A stretch of 64,000 nucleotides of DNA from a bacterium (lineage in GTDB: Bacteria > Electryoneota > Electryoneia > Electryoneales > Electryoneaceae): contig JAZDLX010000007.1 in assembly GCA_043801585.1 (NCBI GenBank), forward strand, positions 80,625 through 144,624, in the 5' to 3' direction. Made by a program: the position numbers and the translations under genes. The stretch's first letter is position 1. Every line of letters starts with the position of its first letter. The notes under the pieces were generated by a model. That model had not been told where the DNA came from. It searched no databases and was given only the letters and a program-made list of their open reading frames with translations. Of this stretch, positions 1 through 9,790 are shown piece by piece.

Positions 1-1779
1 CTGGTCAAGGCGACCTGGAACGCCCTGCACGGAAGCAAAAGCCGCGGCGGGAGCACAATCACCCAACAACTGGCGCGTAATCTCTTCTTCAGCTTCGAAA
101 AGACATACGCACGAAAATTCCGTGAGATCCTGGCGACGCTTGAGATCGAACGGCGATTCAGCAAAGGCGAAATCCTCGCCGCGTACTGCAACGGAATCTA
201 TTTCGGCAATTATGCCTACGGCATCGAAGAGGCGGCGACCTCGTATTTTGGCATCCACGCCGCCAACCTCGACCTCGCGCAAGCATCGCTACTCGCCGGA
301 CTTCCCCAGTCTCCGAGCCGCTTCAACCCCTATCGGTACCCGGAGAGAGCTGCGGTTCGCCAGAAATGGATTCTGAATCGTCTCAAGAATCTTGACTGGG
401 TGAACCTCGAAGAATTCCGGACCGCCGCTGCAGAGCCGCTGGACTTTCGCCCGCTTTACGAAGCCGCCGACGAGGGGAGTTATTTCCTCGATGCCGTGTT
501 CGATCAGTTGGAGGAAAAATACGGCCGCACGGTACTCTATCACGGCGGTTTGAAGATCTACACGACGCTTGACCCGACTCTCCAGACCTGGGCGGTGGAG
601 GGGGTGCAAGAGGGACTCGCCGATCTCGACACTCACCTTGGATTGCCGAGATTCGATCCCTCTCGCGAGGAGGAGCGGCAGAATTACCCGCAGGCCGCAC
701 TGGTCGCCGTGGAGGCTGCAACGGGCGCCGTACAGGCGCTGGTCGGCGGGCGCGACTGGCAGGCGAGCCAGTTCAACCGTGCGATTCAGGCGCAACGTAA
801 TATGGGGTCGGTGTTGAAACCTGTCCTCTACCTGGCGGCGATGGAAACGCTCGGTGTCCAACCGGCATCGCTGATCAATGACGACAGCATCACTGTCGTG
901 ATCCCGGGGACCAATCCCTGGTCACCAACGAATTTCGAACCCGGCTTCCGCGGCACGACGATCCTGAAAATCGCGCTCGAAAAATCGTTGAACACTCCAG
1001 CGGTCCGGCTGATCCTCTCTGTGGGACCCGAAAGCGTCGTGAAGACTCTGCAAAAGATGCAGGTACAATCTCCTCTGGTTCCACATTACAGCATCGCTCT
1101 CGGCGGAACGTCCGTCTCCGCCGTCGAACTGGCGGCGATCGGCGGATCCATCGCCAACCTCGGCGAGGTCGTTCAACCCTTTTTCGTGCGGCGGATCGAG
1201 GACGATCGCGGCCAGATTCTGGAAGAGCACATCGCATCACGGCAAGCTGAGTTCGACCCCGAAGTCAGCTATATGCTTGTGGACATGATGAAGGGTGTGA
1301 TCAGCGAGGGCACCGCCGCGGGTGTCAAGGATTACGGATTCACCCTTCCGGCGATTGGAAAAACCGGGACGACGGATGACCATCGCGACTCCTGGTTCCT
1401 CGGAGCGACAACACAACTGTCGGTATCCACGTGGGTCGGCTTTGATGATTACCGGGCGATGATCGACGTCAAGGAAGAGGGAATTACCGGAGCAACCGGT
1501 GCGATGCCCATCTGGGTCCATTTCATGCAGAAAGCGACCGAGGGCGAACCTCCCCGTGATTTTCCCATGCCCGCTGGAATCGAACTCGTGCCTGTCAACC
1601 CGAAAACGGGAAAGAGGGTGTCCGAACGAACGCGCGGTGCGATTTTCGCCGCGCTCCCCACGGGAGTGGAACTTCCCGATTCCACTCTCCTGCGCATCGA
1701 GGCAAGCTGGGGCGACACCGTCCGAGTGGATTCCCTCGGACAGGTGACCATGAACTTCAGCGATGAGGTGTTGCCATGA
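1..1779 (+). CDS. mrcA: Penicillin-binding protein 1A (class A PBP, transglycosylase/transpeptidase), 5' partial
   Basis: Open frame-1 reading from the window edge to the stop at 1777-1779. The N-terminal part carries GT51 transglycosylase motifs (ITQQLARN, RKxRE, GIYFGNYAYGIEEAA, LAGLPQSP) followed by a transpeptidase-like region. The 400..1779 ORF in the track is the in-frame tail of this gene. Confidence 0.9.
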   Translation: MVKATWNALHGSKSRGGSTITQQLARNLFFSFEKTYARKFREILATLEIERRFSKGEILAAYCNGIYFGNYAYGIEEAATSYFGIHAANLDLAQASLLAGLPQSPSRFNPYRYPERAAVRQKWILNRLKNLDWVNLEEFRTAAAEPLDFRPLYEAADEGSYFLDAVFDQLEEKYGRTVLYHGGLKIYTTLDPTLQTWAVEGVQEGLADLDTHLGLPRFDPSREEERQNYPQAALVAVEAATGAVQALVGGRDWQASQFNRAIQAQRNMGSVLKPVLYLAAMETLGVQPASLINDDSITVVIPGTNPWSPTNFEPGFRGTTILKIALEKSLNTPAVRLILSVGPESVVKTLQKMQVQSPLVPHYSIALGGTSVSAVELAAIGGSIANLGEVVQPFFVRRIEDDRGQILEEHIASRQAEFDPEVSYMLVDMMKGVISEGTAAGVKDYGFTLPAIGKTGTTDDHRDSWFLGATTQLSVSTWVGFDDYRAMIDVKEEGITGATGAMPIWVHFMQKATEGEPPRDFPMPAGIELVPVNPKTGKRVSERTRGAIFAALPTGVELPDSTLLRIEASWGDTVRVDSLGQVTMNFSDEVLP

Positions 1780-3353
1780 GCTGGTTCACCTCATTGTCCC
1801 TGCGGCTGTTCCTCGGTGCGGCCGGTGGGCTCGGATTCAGCCTGTTCCTCAGCCGCTATCTCCTCTCGAAGGTAAGCGGAGCGGGGTATCCGGTTCTTCC
1901 GATTCTTGTGATGATCCTGCCGCTGCTTCTGGCGCTGACGATCTTCATCATCATCCCTGAGTGGATCATCCGCCATCGCTGGGAGAGGAAATGGCTTCCG
2001 GGCGCCAACGGAGTGCGAGAGATCCTCCCGGAAAAGAGACTGGCGTTCATTCAGGCGGGACTTCGCGAACTGACCGGACCCTGGACATTTCCCCAGATGG
2101 CGCGAAACCACACACGCCTGTTCACGACTGGATGGGCAAAAACACTCCTGCGCCTTCGTGCCCGAGACGTATGGACGTGGGAACTTTACGCGCTCTCCTG
2201 GTATGCGCTGAAAGATGACGAAGACGCTGTCGATGAATTGCGCGGGCTGCTGATGGAGAGCCGGACGCTGGAAGATGCAGCGTTTGACGTCGGTCTCTCC
2301 GTGCTCGACGTTCGCCAGGCGGATGTCGATCTGGCCATTCTGCTCTCGCATGAAGGTCTCGTGCGCGAATTCTCACGTCTTAATCCAGAACGGCGTGTGC
2401 TTCTTGAAAATGTCTGGCTCGCGGCCTATGCGCGTGACGAAGCCTCACGCGGGGAACTGTTGCCTCATCTGACAAAACTCTTTCTCCAGCAGCAGCGGCG
2501 CGATGAAGTATCGGGGCGAATTTACCTCGATGCTTTCATCGCGGGAATCCGCTCGCCTGATCTGAGGATGGAGATGCGGAGGGTGGCGGCGGTGCTTGCC
2601 CGAACCGGCCGGAGCCCTGAGATGACCGCAAATCTGCGAGCGCTGGCGGGCAGCGGAAATGGCCATGAACCGCCTCAGGAGGCGGGTGTCGAGGTCGACA
2701 CTGGCACGATCCTCCGGGCGCCTACCGCGTGGAGCGAGTTCAAATCCGCCTTTCCAAAGGATGCGGATCTGACGCAGGAGGTTCCAGATTCCAAAACCGC
2801 AGGTAAAGGACGCATACGGATTTCGAAAAGTGTAGCGAAAGAGACAGAAGCGGTGGTTGGTCTCAGGGAACAGGCAGGCAAACGGAAATCCTGGAAACGT
2901 GAAAGGACGAAGGCTCTCGGCGTTGGTTCTTCCATAAGGGTCTGGGTTGCGATCGTTCTGGTGGTGGTTCTGACTGCGACAGGAGCCGCTGTTGCGTGGT
3001 ATTTTGCGACGACCCGTGAAAAGCCGCCCCAGTTGGAACCCGCAACGGTCTCGAAACCCGTTTCGACCAGGGGCGTGGAGTCCGAGCTGCCTTTCACGAT
3101 TCAGGTTGCGGCGCTTCCCCAGCGTGGAGCGGCGTTCGACCGTGTGCGCACGCTCCGTTTGCAGGGATTGGATGCCTATTACGTGATCACCCAGCGAGGT
3201 GATGCCAGTTGGTACAGGGTTCGATTCGGCCATTTTGAGACCACACGGGCCGCACAAGCTGTGGCGGACTCCCTGAGGGAACTCGGTATCATCAATGAAT
3301 ATTTTGTAGCAACCTTCGAGCAGGGTGTTGTCCCGCCGGATCGATCTCGCTAA
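1776..3353 (+). CDS. Membrane protein with C-terminal SPOR (septal peptidoglycan-binding) domain
   Basis: ATGA start/stop overlap with the PBP1A gene. N-terminal TM helices, a long low-complexity linker and a C-terminal ~80-aa SPOR-like segment (FTIQVAALPQ...YRVRFGHFETTRAAQAVADSL). Confidence 0.6.
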   Translation: MSWFTSLSLRLFLGAAGGLGFSLFLSRYLLSKVSGAGYPVLPILVMILPLLLALTIFIIIPEWIIRHRWERKWLPGANGVREILPEKRLAFIQAGLRELTGPWTFPQMARNHTRLFTTGWAKTLLRLRARDVWTWELYALSWYALKDDEDAVDELRGLLMESRTLEDAAFDVGLSVLDVRQADVDLAILLSHEGLVREFSRLNPERRVLLENVWLAAYARDEASRGELLPHLTKLFLQQQRRDEVSGRIYLDAFIAGIRSPDLRMEMRRVAAVLARTGRSPEMTANLRALAGSGNGHEPPQEAGVEVDTGTILRAPTAWSEFKSAFPKDADLTQEVPDSKTAGKGRIRISKSVAKETEAVVGLREQAGKRKSWKRERTKALGVGSSIRVWVAIVLVVVLTATGAAVAWYFATTREKPPQLEPATVSKPVSTRGVESELPFTIQVAALPQRGAAFDRVRTLRLQGLDAYYVITQRGDASWYRVRFGHFETTRAAQAVADSLRELGIINEYFVATFEQGVVPPDRSR

Positions 3354-3392
3354 CCTTCCCTCATCACCTATCGGAAACGTACGGAACCGCTG

Positions 3393-4331
3393 ATGAACTC
3401 TCTTGATGTCATGGGTGTCGGCCGCGCCGTGATCGATTACGCCGTGCTCGTACCAAAGTACCCTGTGGCTGACCAGAAGACGGAGGCGTTGGACCGTTAT
3501 TACGGCAGTGGCAGTCCGGTGCCGAACGCGCTCTGCCAATTGTCACGTTGGGGGTGGAAAACGGCACTCACAGCGGTGATTGGGGATGATCGAGAGGGGG
3601 ATGATTTCATCCGGGATCTGACTTCTTGTTCGGTTGATACGGCTTTCGTAACAAGAAGAACCGGGCAATCGACACCGCGCGCTTTTATCTGGGTGGAAGC
3701 CGGCAGTGGAAAGCGTACAATCGTTTTGGACAGGGCACTTGCGCCACTCTCAGTGGGAGACCTACCTTTCGGCAGTCTACATCCATCGCGTTTCTTGTTG
3801 GTCGATGGTTACGAAGCCAGTGCGAACCTCGCCGCGATGAAAGCAGTGCGCGAGGGGGGCGGAGAGGTGATGCTCGACGTGGGCGCTGTTCGGGAGCAGA
3901 TGGACGAACAGCTCGCGCTCTGTGACTGGATCATTACATCTCTTGCCTTCGCCAAAGAGCGGTATGGCAACCTCGATCTGTTCCAGGTTGTTCGTGAGTT
4001 GCTCGGTTTCGGCGCCAAAGGCGCGGTGGTGACCAACGGCGCGGGTGGATGTGTTGTCGCCTGGGAACAGCAGGTGGAATGGTTTCGCAGCTATCGCGTC
4101 GAGACGGTGGACACGACTGGTGCGGGCGATGTTTTTCATGCGGGGTTTCTGCACGGACTGTTGAAAGGGTGGTCGGTGCCGTCATCGGTTCGTTGGTCGT
4201 CGGCAGCGGCGGCTCTCTCGGTTACAGCTCTCGGAGGACGTGGAAAACTGCCGGATGAAGTGGAAGTGCGGGATTTACTGGTGAGGGAAGGGGAACCGTG
4301 GGACGGAAAGCCGGAAAACGAGTGGAGGTGA
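3393..4331 (+). CDS. PfkB-family carbohydrate (ribokinase-like) kinase
   Basis: PfkB signature 2 DTTGAGDVFHAGF near the C-terminus, 312 aa. Substrate unknown. Confidence 0.8.
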   Translation: MNSLDVMGVGRAVIDYAVLVPKYPVADQKTEALDRYYGSGSPVPNALCQLSRWGWKTALTAVIGDDREGDDFIRDLTSCSVDTAFVTRRTGQSTPRAFIWVEAGSGKRTIVLDRALAPLSVGDLPFGSLHPSRFLLVDGYEASANLAAMKAVREGGGEVMLDVGAVREQMDEQLALCDWIITSLAFAKERYGNLDLFQVVRELLGFGAKGAVVTNGAGGCVVAWEQQVEWFRSYRVETVDTTGAGDVFHAGFLHGLLKGWSVPSSVRWSSAAAALSVTALGGRGKLPDEVEVRDLLVREGEPWDGKPENEWR

Positions 4332-5218
4332 ACCCGGATCAAGAGGATCAGCTTGCTCTGCCGGGTTTTGAATCCACTGCCGGAATCGAAGGCAACGGGA
4401 ACGGATCGAAGAACGGGAAGTCCGAGGATGTCTCCGCCGAAATGGAGGTCCCGGAGGAACTGGCGATCGAGCTCCACACCCGCACCTTTTACAAAGGCAA
4501 GCAGCACAAAGGCCGCTGGCACGATACAGTGTTCGCCGGTGACAACATGCACGTGTTGGAGAGCATGCCCGACGAGACTGTGGATCTGATCCTGACCGAT
4601 CCACCCTACAATATCAATTACCGTTCCAACCGGCGTGTTAAAAAGGCGAAGTTCAAACATATCGAAAACGACAATCACGGCGATTGGATCCCCGAATTCG
4701 CCCGTGAGGCCTATCGGGTACTCAAGGACAACCGGCACCTCTATTGTTTCTGCCGTCACGACACCTACCCGGAGTTCATCAAGGCGCTGCAGGATACCGG
4801 TTTCAAGATCAAGCGAACCCTGATCTGGGTCAAGAACAACCACGGAAGTGGCGATCTGAAAGGAGATTACGCCCCCCAGGACGAGTGGATCATCTATTGC
4901 CACAAGGGACGACGTGAACTTTTCGGGAAACGCCATTCGAACGTTCTCGTCTTTTCCCGTCTGAACAGCGACAAGCTGTTGCATTCAACGGAGAAACCGG
5001 TTGAGTTGCTGAAATTCCTCATCGAAAAATCGACGAAGAAGGGTGAACTTGTCCTCGATCCATTTGCGGGCTCGGGATCGACAATGCACGCCGCGAAGGA
5101 GTTGGAACGGTTCTACTGCATCGTGGAGCTTTCGGACGCCTATTACCTGACGAGTGAGATGCGACGAGGGGAACTTGATCAGATAACGCTTGAGGATCAA
5201 CTGTACAAGGATCTCTGA
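4298..5218 (+). CDS. Beta-class DNA methyltransferase (N6-adenine or N4-cytosine type), orphan
   Basis: Motif IV TDPPYN precedes motif I DPFAGSGST (beta-class order), and HSTEKP is present. The GTG at 4298 overlaps the PfkB 3' end by 34 nt; an alternative ATG lies at 4442. The stop overlaps the next start (TGATG at 5216-5220). No restriction endonuclease gene is adjacent. Confidence 0.8.
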   Translation: MGRKAGKRVEVNPDQEDQLALPGFESTAGIEGNGNGSKNGKSEDVSAEMEVPEELAIELHTRTFYKGKQHKGRWHDTVFAGDNMHVLESMPDETVDLILTDPPYNINYRSNRRVKKAKFKHIENDNHGDWIPEFAREAYRVLKDNRHLYCFCRHDTYPEFIKALQDTGFKIKRTLIWVKNNHGSGDLKGDYAPQDEWIIYCHKGRRELFGKRHSNVLVFSRLNSDKLLHSTEKPVELLKFLIEKSTKKGELVLDPFAGSGSTMHAAKELERFYCIVELSDAYYLTSEMRRGELDQITLEDQLYKDL

Positions 5219-8200
5219 TGAACAGTGAAGGTGAACTGGTCGTAACAGGAAGCTGGGTAAAATCCCAGCCTTTCTCGTTATGGCTGTTATGGATTGCACT
5301 GTTCCTCCCCGGTGTTGTCCGCGCGGCGTCCCTCTGGGAGCAACGGGTTGATTATCGGATGGATGTTTATCTGAACGACGAATCACGATCGCTCGACGCA
5401 ACGGTCACAATTACCTACATGAACAATTCTCCTGATACTCTGGATGCGATCTGGTTCCGTCTTCCTCCCGCGGCGCTTCGCGATGACTCTCCTGAGGAGA
5501 ATACCCTTTATCGTGGAGCTGCACATCGGTTAAGGATCGTACCGAAGGAAGAGTGGGGGAACCTGGTCGTTCATGGTGCAACCTGTCAGACACGCCAGGT
5601 GCGGTTCGAACAGGACGGAAGCATCGGCAGGTTGATTGTATCGCCGGCCATCCAACCGGGCGATTCCCTCGAATTTCAGCTCGACTTCACGACTCTGTTT
5701 CCCACCGGAGAAGCTCAATCCAGGATCGGGTACAGCCGTGGACAGTACAAGGGCGCCTACTGGTATCCGATGATCTGTCCCTACACCTCGCTGTATGGCT
5801 GGACGGTGAACCGATACTTCGGGACAGCGGAGGCCTACGGAGAATTCGGCGATTACACCATCCGTTATCATGTCCCCAACCGCTTTATCGTTGCCTCTAC
5901 CGGTGAGCTGGTCAACGAGTCGGATGTCCTGCCTCCAGAGCGATTGGCGGGACTGGCATTCGACAATCCCACTCCGATCCCGATTCCCGGAGGCGAGGAA
6001 GGCGAAAAAGAGGCCGTCTGGGAGTACCATGCGCACCTGGTGACCGAGGTCGCCTTCGCGATGACCCCGGATTTTCTCATTGATCGCAAGGATTTTGGCC
6101 ATTTCGAGGCGTGGGCCTTCGTGCGCCGAGGGCGTCAACAAAAATGGCCAGATGCCACCAGCATCCTGGGGTGGACGATCCTCCAGTTGGAACAGATCTA
6201 TGGACCTTACCCGTGGCCGAGGGTGATGATGACCGACTCCTGGTCCGGCATGGAATACCCCATGCTGACCATGATGAGCAGTGAATCACCCCGTTACCAT
6301 TATTTCCTGATGCATGAGGTCATCCACAATTATACCCCGATGATCATCCACTCCAACCCCGTCGACGCGCAGGTGCTGGATGAGGGATTCACGACTTTCG
6401 TTGAGCACAGTCTCGCGGTTCGCTACTCCGGGACTGCATGGAACAAGCTGACCGATGTGAGACGGGGACCGTTTCAACAGGAAATCACCCTGCGTGATGA
6501 TTGGGAGCGAGGGTTAAGACCTTATTTCGAAGCAGTCCTCGCCGGAGAGGACCTGCCGATGGTACGCGGGGCGGATGTGGCGGAGGATTACCCTCTGTTG
6601 CGTGCCTCGACGTATTACAAGACTCCCGTGATGCTGAACGCGCTCCGGTATGTCATCGGTGAGCAGGATTTCTGGGCGGGGATGAAGGAATATTACCGCA
6701 GGGGAGCCTTTCATCATATAGACGAAACGGATGTCGTCGAAGCGTTCAGCACCGCCGCGGGCCGGCCGCTCGGGTGGTTTTTCAAACCGTTCCTGTATGG
6801 AACGGGTGATATCGATTATCGAGTCGGGGGATTCTACAAGCATCGCAGTGGTTCCGAGTGGCAGATAGAGTTCAGCGTGAAGCGTCCGGGTGACATTCGG
6901 CTTCCCGTAAGGTTGGGTGTGGTGACCTCCCTGGGGGACACCCTGCGCGGCGAAATCGCGTTTCTCGATACGGATCCTGAGTTGCCGGGGTACGAGCGGT
7001 GGGGTACTTGGGATCAGCTTCACGAACCGGATGATTCCAGGATATTCCACATTACGCTGTCCACGGAGGCCACGCCAGTTGAACTGATGCTCGATCCTGA
7101 TCACCTTCTGGCGGACCGCAACCCTCTGAACAATTCCACCCGTTCTCACTTCTCCGACCGATTTGACGTCGGGATTCTCCCTGTCGCCCCGGACGTGCTC
7201 GATCGATCCACCATTCGGTTTCGACCGGCCATCGGTTATGCGGAAGAGACGGGAGCTCTGGTAGGTGTCAACGCCAGTCATGGTTGGATGAACACGGTCT
7301 CACGGTTTCAGATGCAGGCGTTCTGGAGAACATATCCGCCGGGAGACGGTAATCAGGTGCGACTCGGTTTTTCCAACCCGATTCCACCGGGAAATGGTCC
7401 CATCCGGGGATCGGTCTATGCGGGCAACGTATTCGACGAAACCTGGTACGAAGGCGGTGTCGAGGCAAAATGGCGGTTGTGGCGGCCGGAACGGACCAGT
7501 TTCCGTGCCCAGCTTCGGATGGGGTATTGGGAAGGTGATGTCTGGATGAGATCCCGTCCCAGTGCATCCTACCTGACGATGATGCTGGAGAAGAAGTGGG
7601 AGGAGATACAGGGTCACAGCGGCTCCACCAACGTCTGGATGGCCACAGGACTGCAAACGGAGGGATGGTTCTCCCTCGATGCATCGCACCAGACGAACTA
7701 CGATCTCTCCGCCTGCGCCTATCTGCCCGTTCTCCGCTGGTTCAGGCATTTTCACCTTGAGGTGTCGGAGAGGTATGTAGGGCAAACAGGGGGAGTCCCC
7801 TCGCTGTTTCTTGCGACACCAACGTTTGGAATGCGCTACCAGGTGCTCGGTTCGCCGATCGCAGGCGCTCCCTGGTCGGCGCTTGCAGGTCCTTACGTGG
7901 ATCGCCCTGCACTCATCCCAGGCATGGACTTTGTCCCGTTGCGGGATTTCGTTTCGCTGGGTACGCGGTTGGATTGGACACCTTATTCCCTTTTTGGTCC
8001 CCAAACGGACACGTTTATCAGCCGTTTTTGCGAGCATCTCCATTTCGGGGCGAGGGGCAGCGGGTTGACCCGCAGTCTTAAATTCACCTCGCAGGAGATC
8101 GCGTATAGCGCGGGGATCGATGCACAGCTTGTTGACCTGTATGGTGTTACGTTAACAGCGGCGTTGCCATTTGTCGTAAAGAATCCAGGCGAAGTTCATG

Positions 8201-8286
8201 CAGACTATGATGGGTTGCGGTCCTTGACCTGGAGACGTGATGTCAAATTCATGATTTCCCTGGATCCTGATCTTTTCGTTCGTTGA
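5218..8286 (+). CDS. Secreted M1-family (gluzincin) metallopeptidase-like protein with a ~400-aa beta-rich C-terminal extension
   Basis: N-terminal signal-like hydrophobic segment. Zinc motif HEVIH-x18-E (FLMHEVIHNY...VLDEGFTTFVEH), 1022 aa. Translationally coupled to the methyltransferase gene. Confidence 0.6.
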   Translation: MNSEGELVVTGSWVKSQPFSLWLLWIALFLPGVVRAASLWEQRVDYRMDVYLNDESRSLDATVTITYMNNSPDTLDAIWFRLPPAALRDDSPEENTLYRGAAHRLRIVPKEEWGNLVVHGATCQTRQVRFEQDGSIGRLIVSPAIQPGDSLEFQLDFTTLFPTGEAQSRIGYSRGQYKGAYWYPMICPYTSLYGWTVNRYFGTAEAYGEFGDYTIRYHVPNRFIVASTGELVNESDVLPPERLAGLAFDNPTPIPIPGGEEGEKEAVWEYHAHLVTEVAFAMTPDFLIDRKDFGHFEAWAFVRRGRQQKWPDATSILGWTILQLEQIYGPYPWPRVMMTDSWSGMEYPMLTMMSSESPRYHYFLMHEVIHNYTPMIIHSNPVDAQVLDEGFTTFVEHSLAVRYSGTAWNKLTDVRRGPFQQEITLRDDWERGLRPYFEAVLAGEDLPMVRGADVAEDYPLLRASTYYKTPVMLNALRYVIGEQDFWAGMKEYYRRGAFHHIDETDVVEAFSTAAGRPLGWFFKPFLYGTGDIDYRVGGFYKHRSGSEWQIEFSVKRPGDIRLPVRLGVVTSLGDTLRGEIAFLDTDPELPGYERWGTWDQLHEPDDSRIFHITLSTEATPVELMLDPDHLLADRNPLNNSTRSHFSDRFDVGILPVAPDVLDRSTIRFRPAIGYAEETGALVGVNASHGWMNTVSRFQMQAFWRTYPPGDGNQVRLGFSNPIPPGNGPIRGSVYAGNVFDETWYEGGVEAKWRLWRPERTSFRAQLRMGYWEGDVWMRSRPSASYLTMMLEKKWEEIQGHSGSTNVWMATGLQTEGWFSLDASHQTNYDLSACAYLPVLRWFRHFHLEVSERYVGQTGGVPSLFLATPTFGMRYQVLGSPIAGAPWSALAGPYVDRPALIPGMDFVPLRDFVSLGTRLDWTPYSLFGPQTDTFISRFCEHLHFGARGSGLTRSLKFTSQEIAYSAGIDAQLVDLYGVTLTAALPFVVKNPGEVHADYDGLRSLTWRRDVKFMISLDPDLFVR

Positions 8287-9722
8287 AGGAAATGATGCTT
8301 TCAGCAAAAACATTGCACAATCCACCTCGTCTCCATTTCAGCGGCATCGGGGGCACCGCGATGGTCGCCGGTGCGCGCCTTGCACTCGAAGTGGGATGGG
8401 AGGTTCGCGGCAGCGACAATCCACTCTATCCACCGACTTCGGAGATGGTGCGGGAACTGGGTGTCCAGGTTTATGAAGGCTACGCGGCTGAAAATCTTGC
8501 CTGGCAACCCGATCTTGTCCTCGTCGGAAACGCCCTGAGCAGAGGGAATCCGGAAGTTGAGGAGATGCTGCGTCAACGGATTCCCTACGCCAGCCTTCCG
8601 GAATGGTTGAAGAGCGAAGTGCTGCAAACGAGACGGCCGGTGGTAATCGCCGGGACGCACGGGAAGACCACGACCACCGCTCTGACAGCTTTCCTGCTCG
8701 ATCGTTGCGGATTGAACCCCGGATTTCTCATCGGTGGCCAACCTCTTGACTTTCCGTATTCGAGCAGATTGGGGCAGGAAGGAGGACCGTTTGTCATTGA
8801 GGGAGACGAATACGATACCGCCTTTTTTGACAAGCGAGCGAAATTCTTTCATTACATCCCCGAAATCGCGGTTGTCACCTCCATCGAGTACGACCATGGC
8901 GACATCTACCGGGACGTCGAGGAGATCGAGCGTGCCTTTTGCCTGATGCTCCGTCAGGTTCCACCGGGAGGTTGGTTGATCGCCTGTGCGGACGATCTCC
9001 GCTCCCTATCGCTGACCAAGGACGCCCCGTGCAGGGTGGTGACCTATGGTTTTTCCGAGAATGCCCATTGGCGCGGTGAAGAGATGGGGATCTCGTCGGG
9101 ATTCAGCGGGCTCGCCGTATATCGTGGGGAGAAACGATTCGCGGAACTCGCCGTTCCGCTCTTTGGCCACCATAACCTTCGAAACACTCTTGCGGCGGTG
9201 GCCGTCGCCGCGACTCTTGGGGCGACGAGCAGTGAAATCCAGACAGCGTTAATGGAATTTCGGGGGGTGCGAAGGAGGATGGAAGTCTTCCTGAATGCGG
9301 GGCAGAGGGTGTTTGTGGACGATTTTGCCCATCATCCGACCGCAATCCGTGAAACGATCGCAGCGGCACGGTTGCGCTGGCCTGATCACAAACTTCGAGT
9401 TCTGGTTGAACCTCGATCCAACACGATGGTCCGGAAGATCCATGAGAAGGACCTGGCTGAGGCGCTCGGGGGTGCGGATGAGGTTGTTTTCGGGCCGATT
9501 TATCGTGCTGAACGGATTCCCGGACCGGAACGGCTGGACCGCGAAAAAATACTGTCAGAATTGAAGAAACATGGCATTTCAGGTTTTTTCACGGATTCCG
9601 TGCCTCAGATCACGAAATACCTTATCGATGTTGATGAAACGCGGACAATTGATCTGATACTGTCGAACGGATCGTTCGGCGGGTTGTACGAAGCCCTTCG
9701 AGACGCGTTTGGATCGGGGTAA
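8283..9722 (+). CDS. mpl: Mur ligase: UDP-N-acetylmuramate:L-alanyl-gamma-D-glutamyl-meso-diaminopimelate ligase (Mpl)-like
   Basis: N-terminal HFSGIGGTAM and P-loop GTHGKTTTT. YPPTSEMVRELGVQVYEGY...LVLVGNALSRGNPEVEEML resembles Mpl more than MurC. ATGA overlap with the upstream gene. Confidence 0.75.
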   Translation: MKEMMLSAKTLHNPPRLHFSGIGGTAMVAGARLALEVGWEVRGSDNPLYPPTSEMVRELGVQVYEGYAAENLAWQPDLVLVGNALSRGNPEVEEMLRQRIPYASLPEWLKSEVLQTRRPVVIAGTHGKTTTTALTAFLLDRCGLNPGFLIGGQPLDFPYSSRLGQEGGPFVIEGDEYDTAFFDKRAKFFHYIPEIAVVTSIEYDHGDIYRDVEEIERAFCLMLRQVPPGGWLIACADDLRSLSLTKDAPCRVVTYGFSENAHWRGEEMGISSGFSGLAVYRGEKRFAELAVPLFGHHNLRNTLAAVAVAATLGATSSEIQTALMEFRGVRRRMEVFLNAGQRVFVDDFAHHPTAIRETIAAARLRWPDHKLRVLVEPRSNTMVRKIHEKDLAEALGGADEVVFGPIYRAERIPGPERLDREKILSELKKHGISGFFTDSVPQITKYLIDVDETRTIDLILSNGSFGGLYEALRDAFGSG

Positions 9723-9790
9723 CAGGGAGAATCGATCTGGACTATATTGACTTTCAGTTGAAGGTTTTTAAGAGTCAGACTTGAAATTCC

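Noticed and set aside
2445-3539. 364-aa minus-strand ORF
   Set aside because: Antisense to the SPOR-protein and PfkB genes. No recognisable motifs.
6514-8043. Two minus-strand ORFs (255 and 247 aa)
   Set aside because: Both lie inside and antisense to the M1 peptidase gene, which carries a clear HEXXH-x18-E site.
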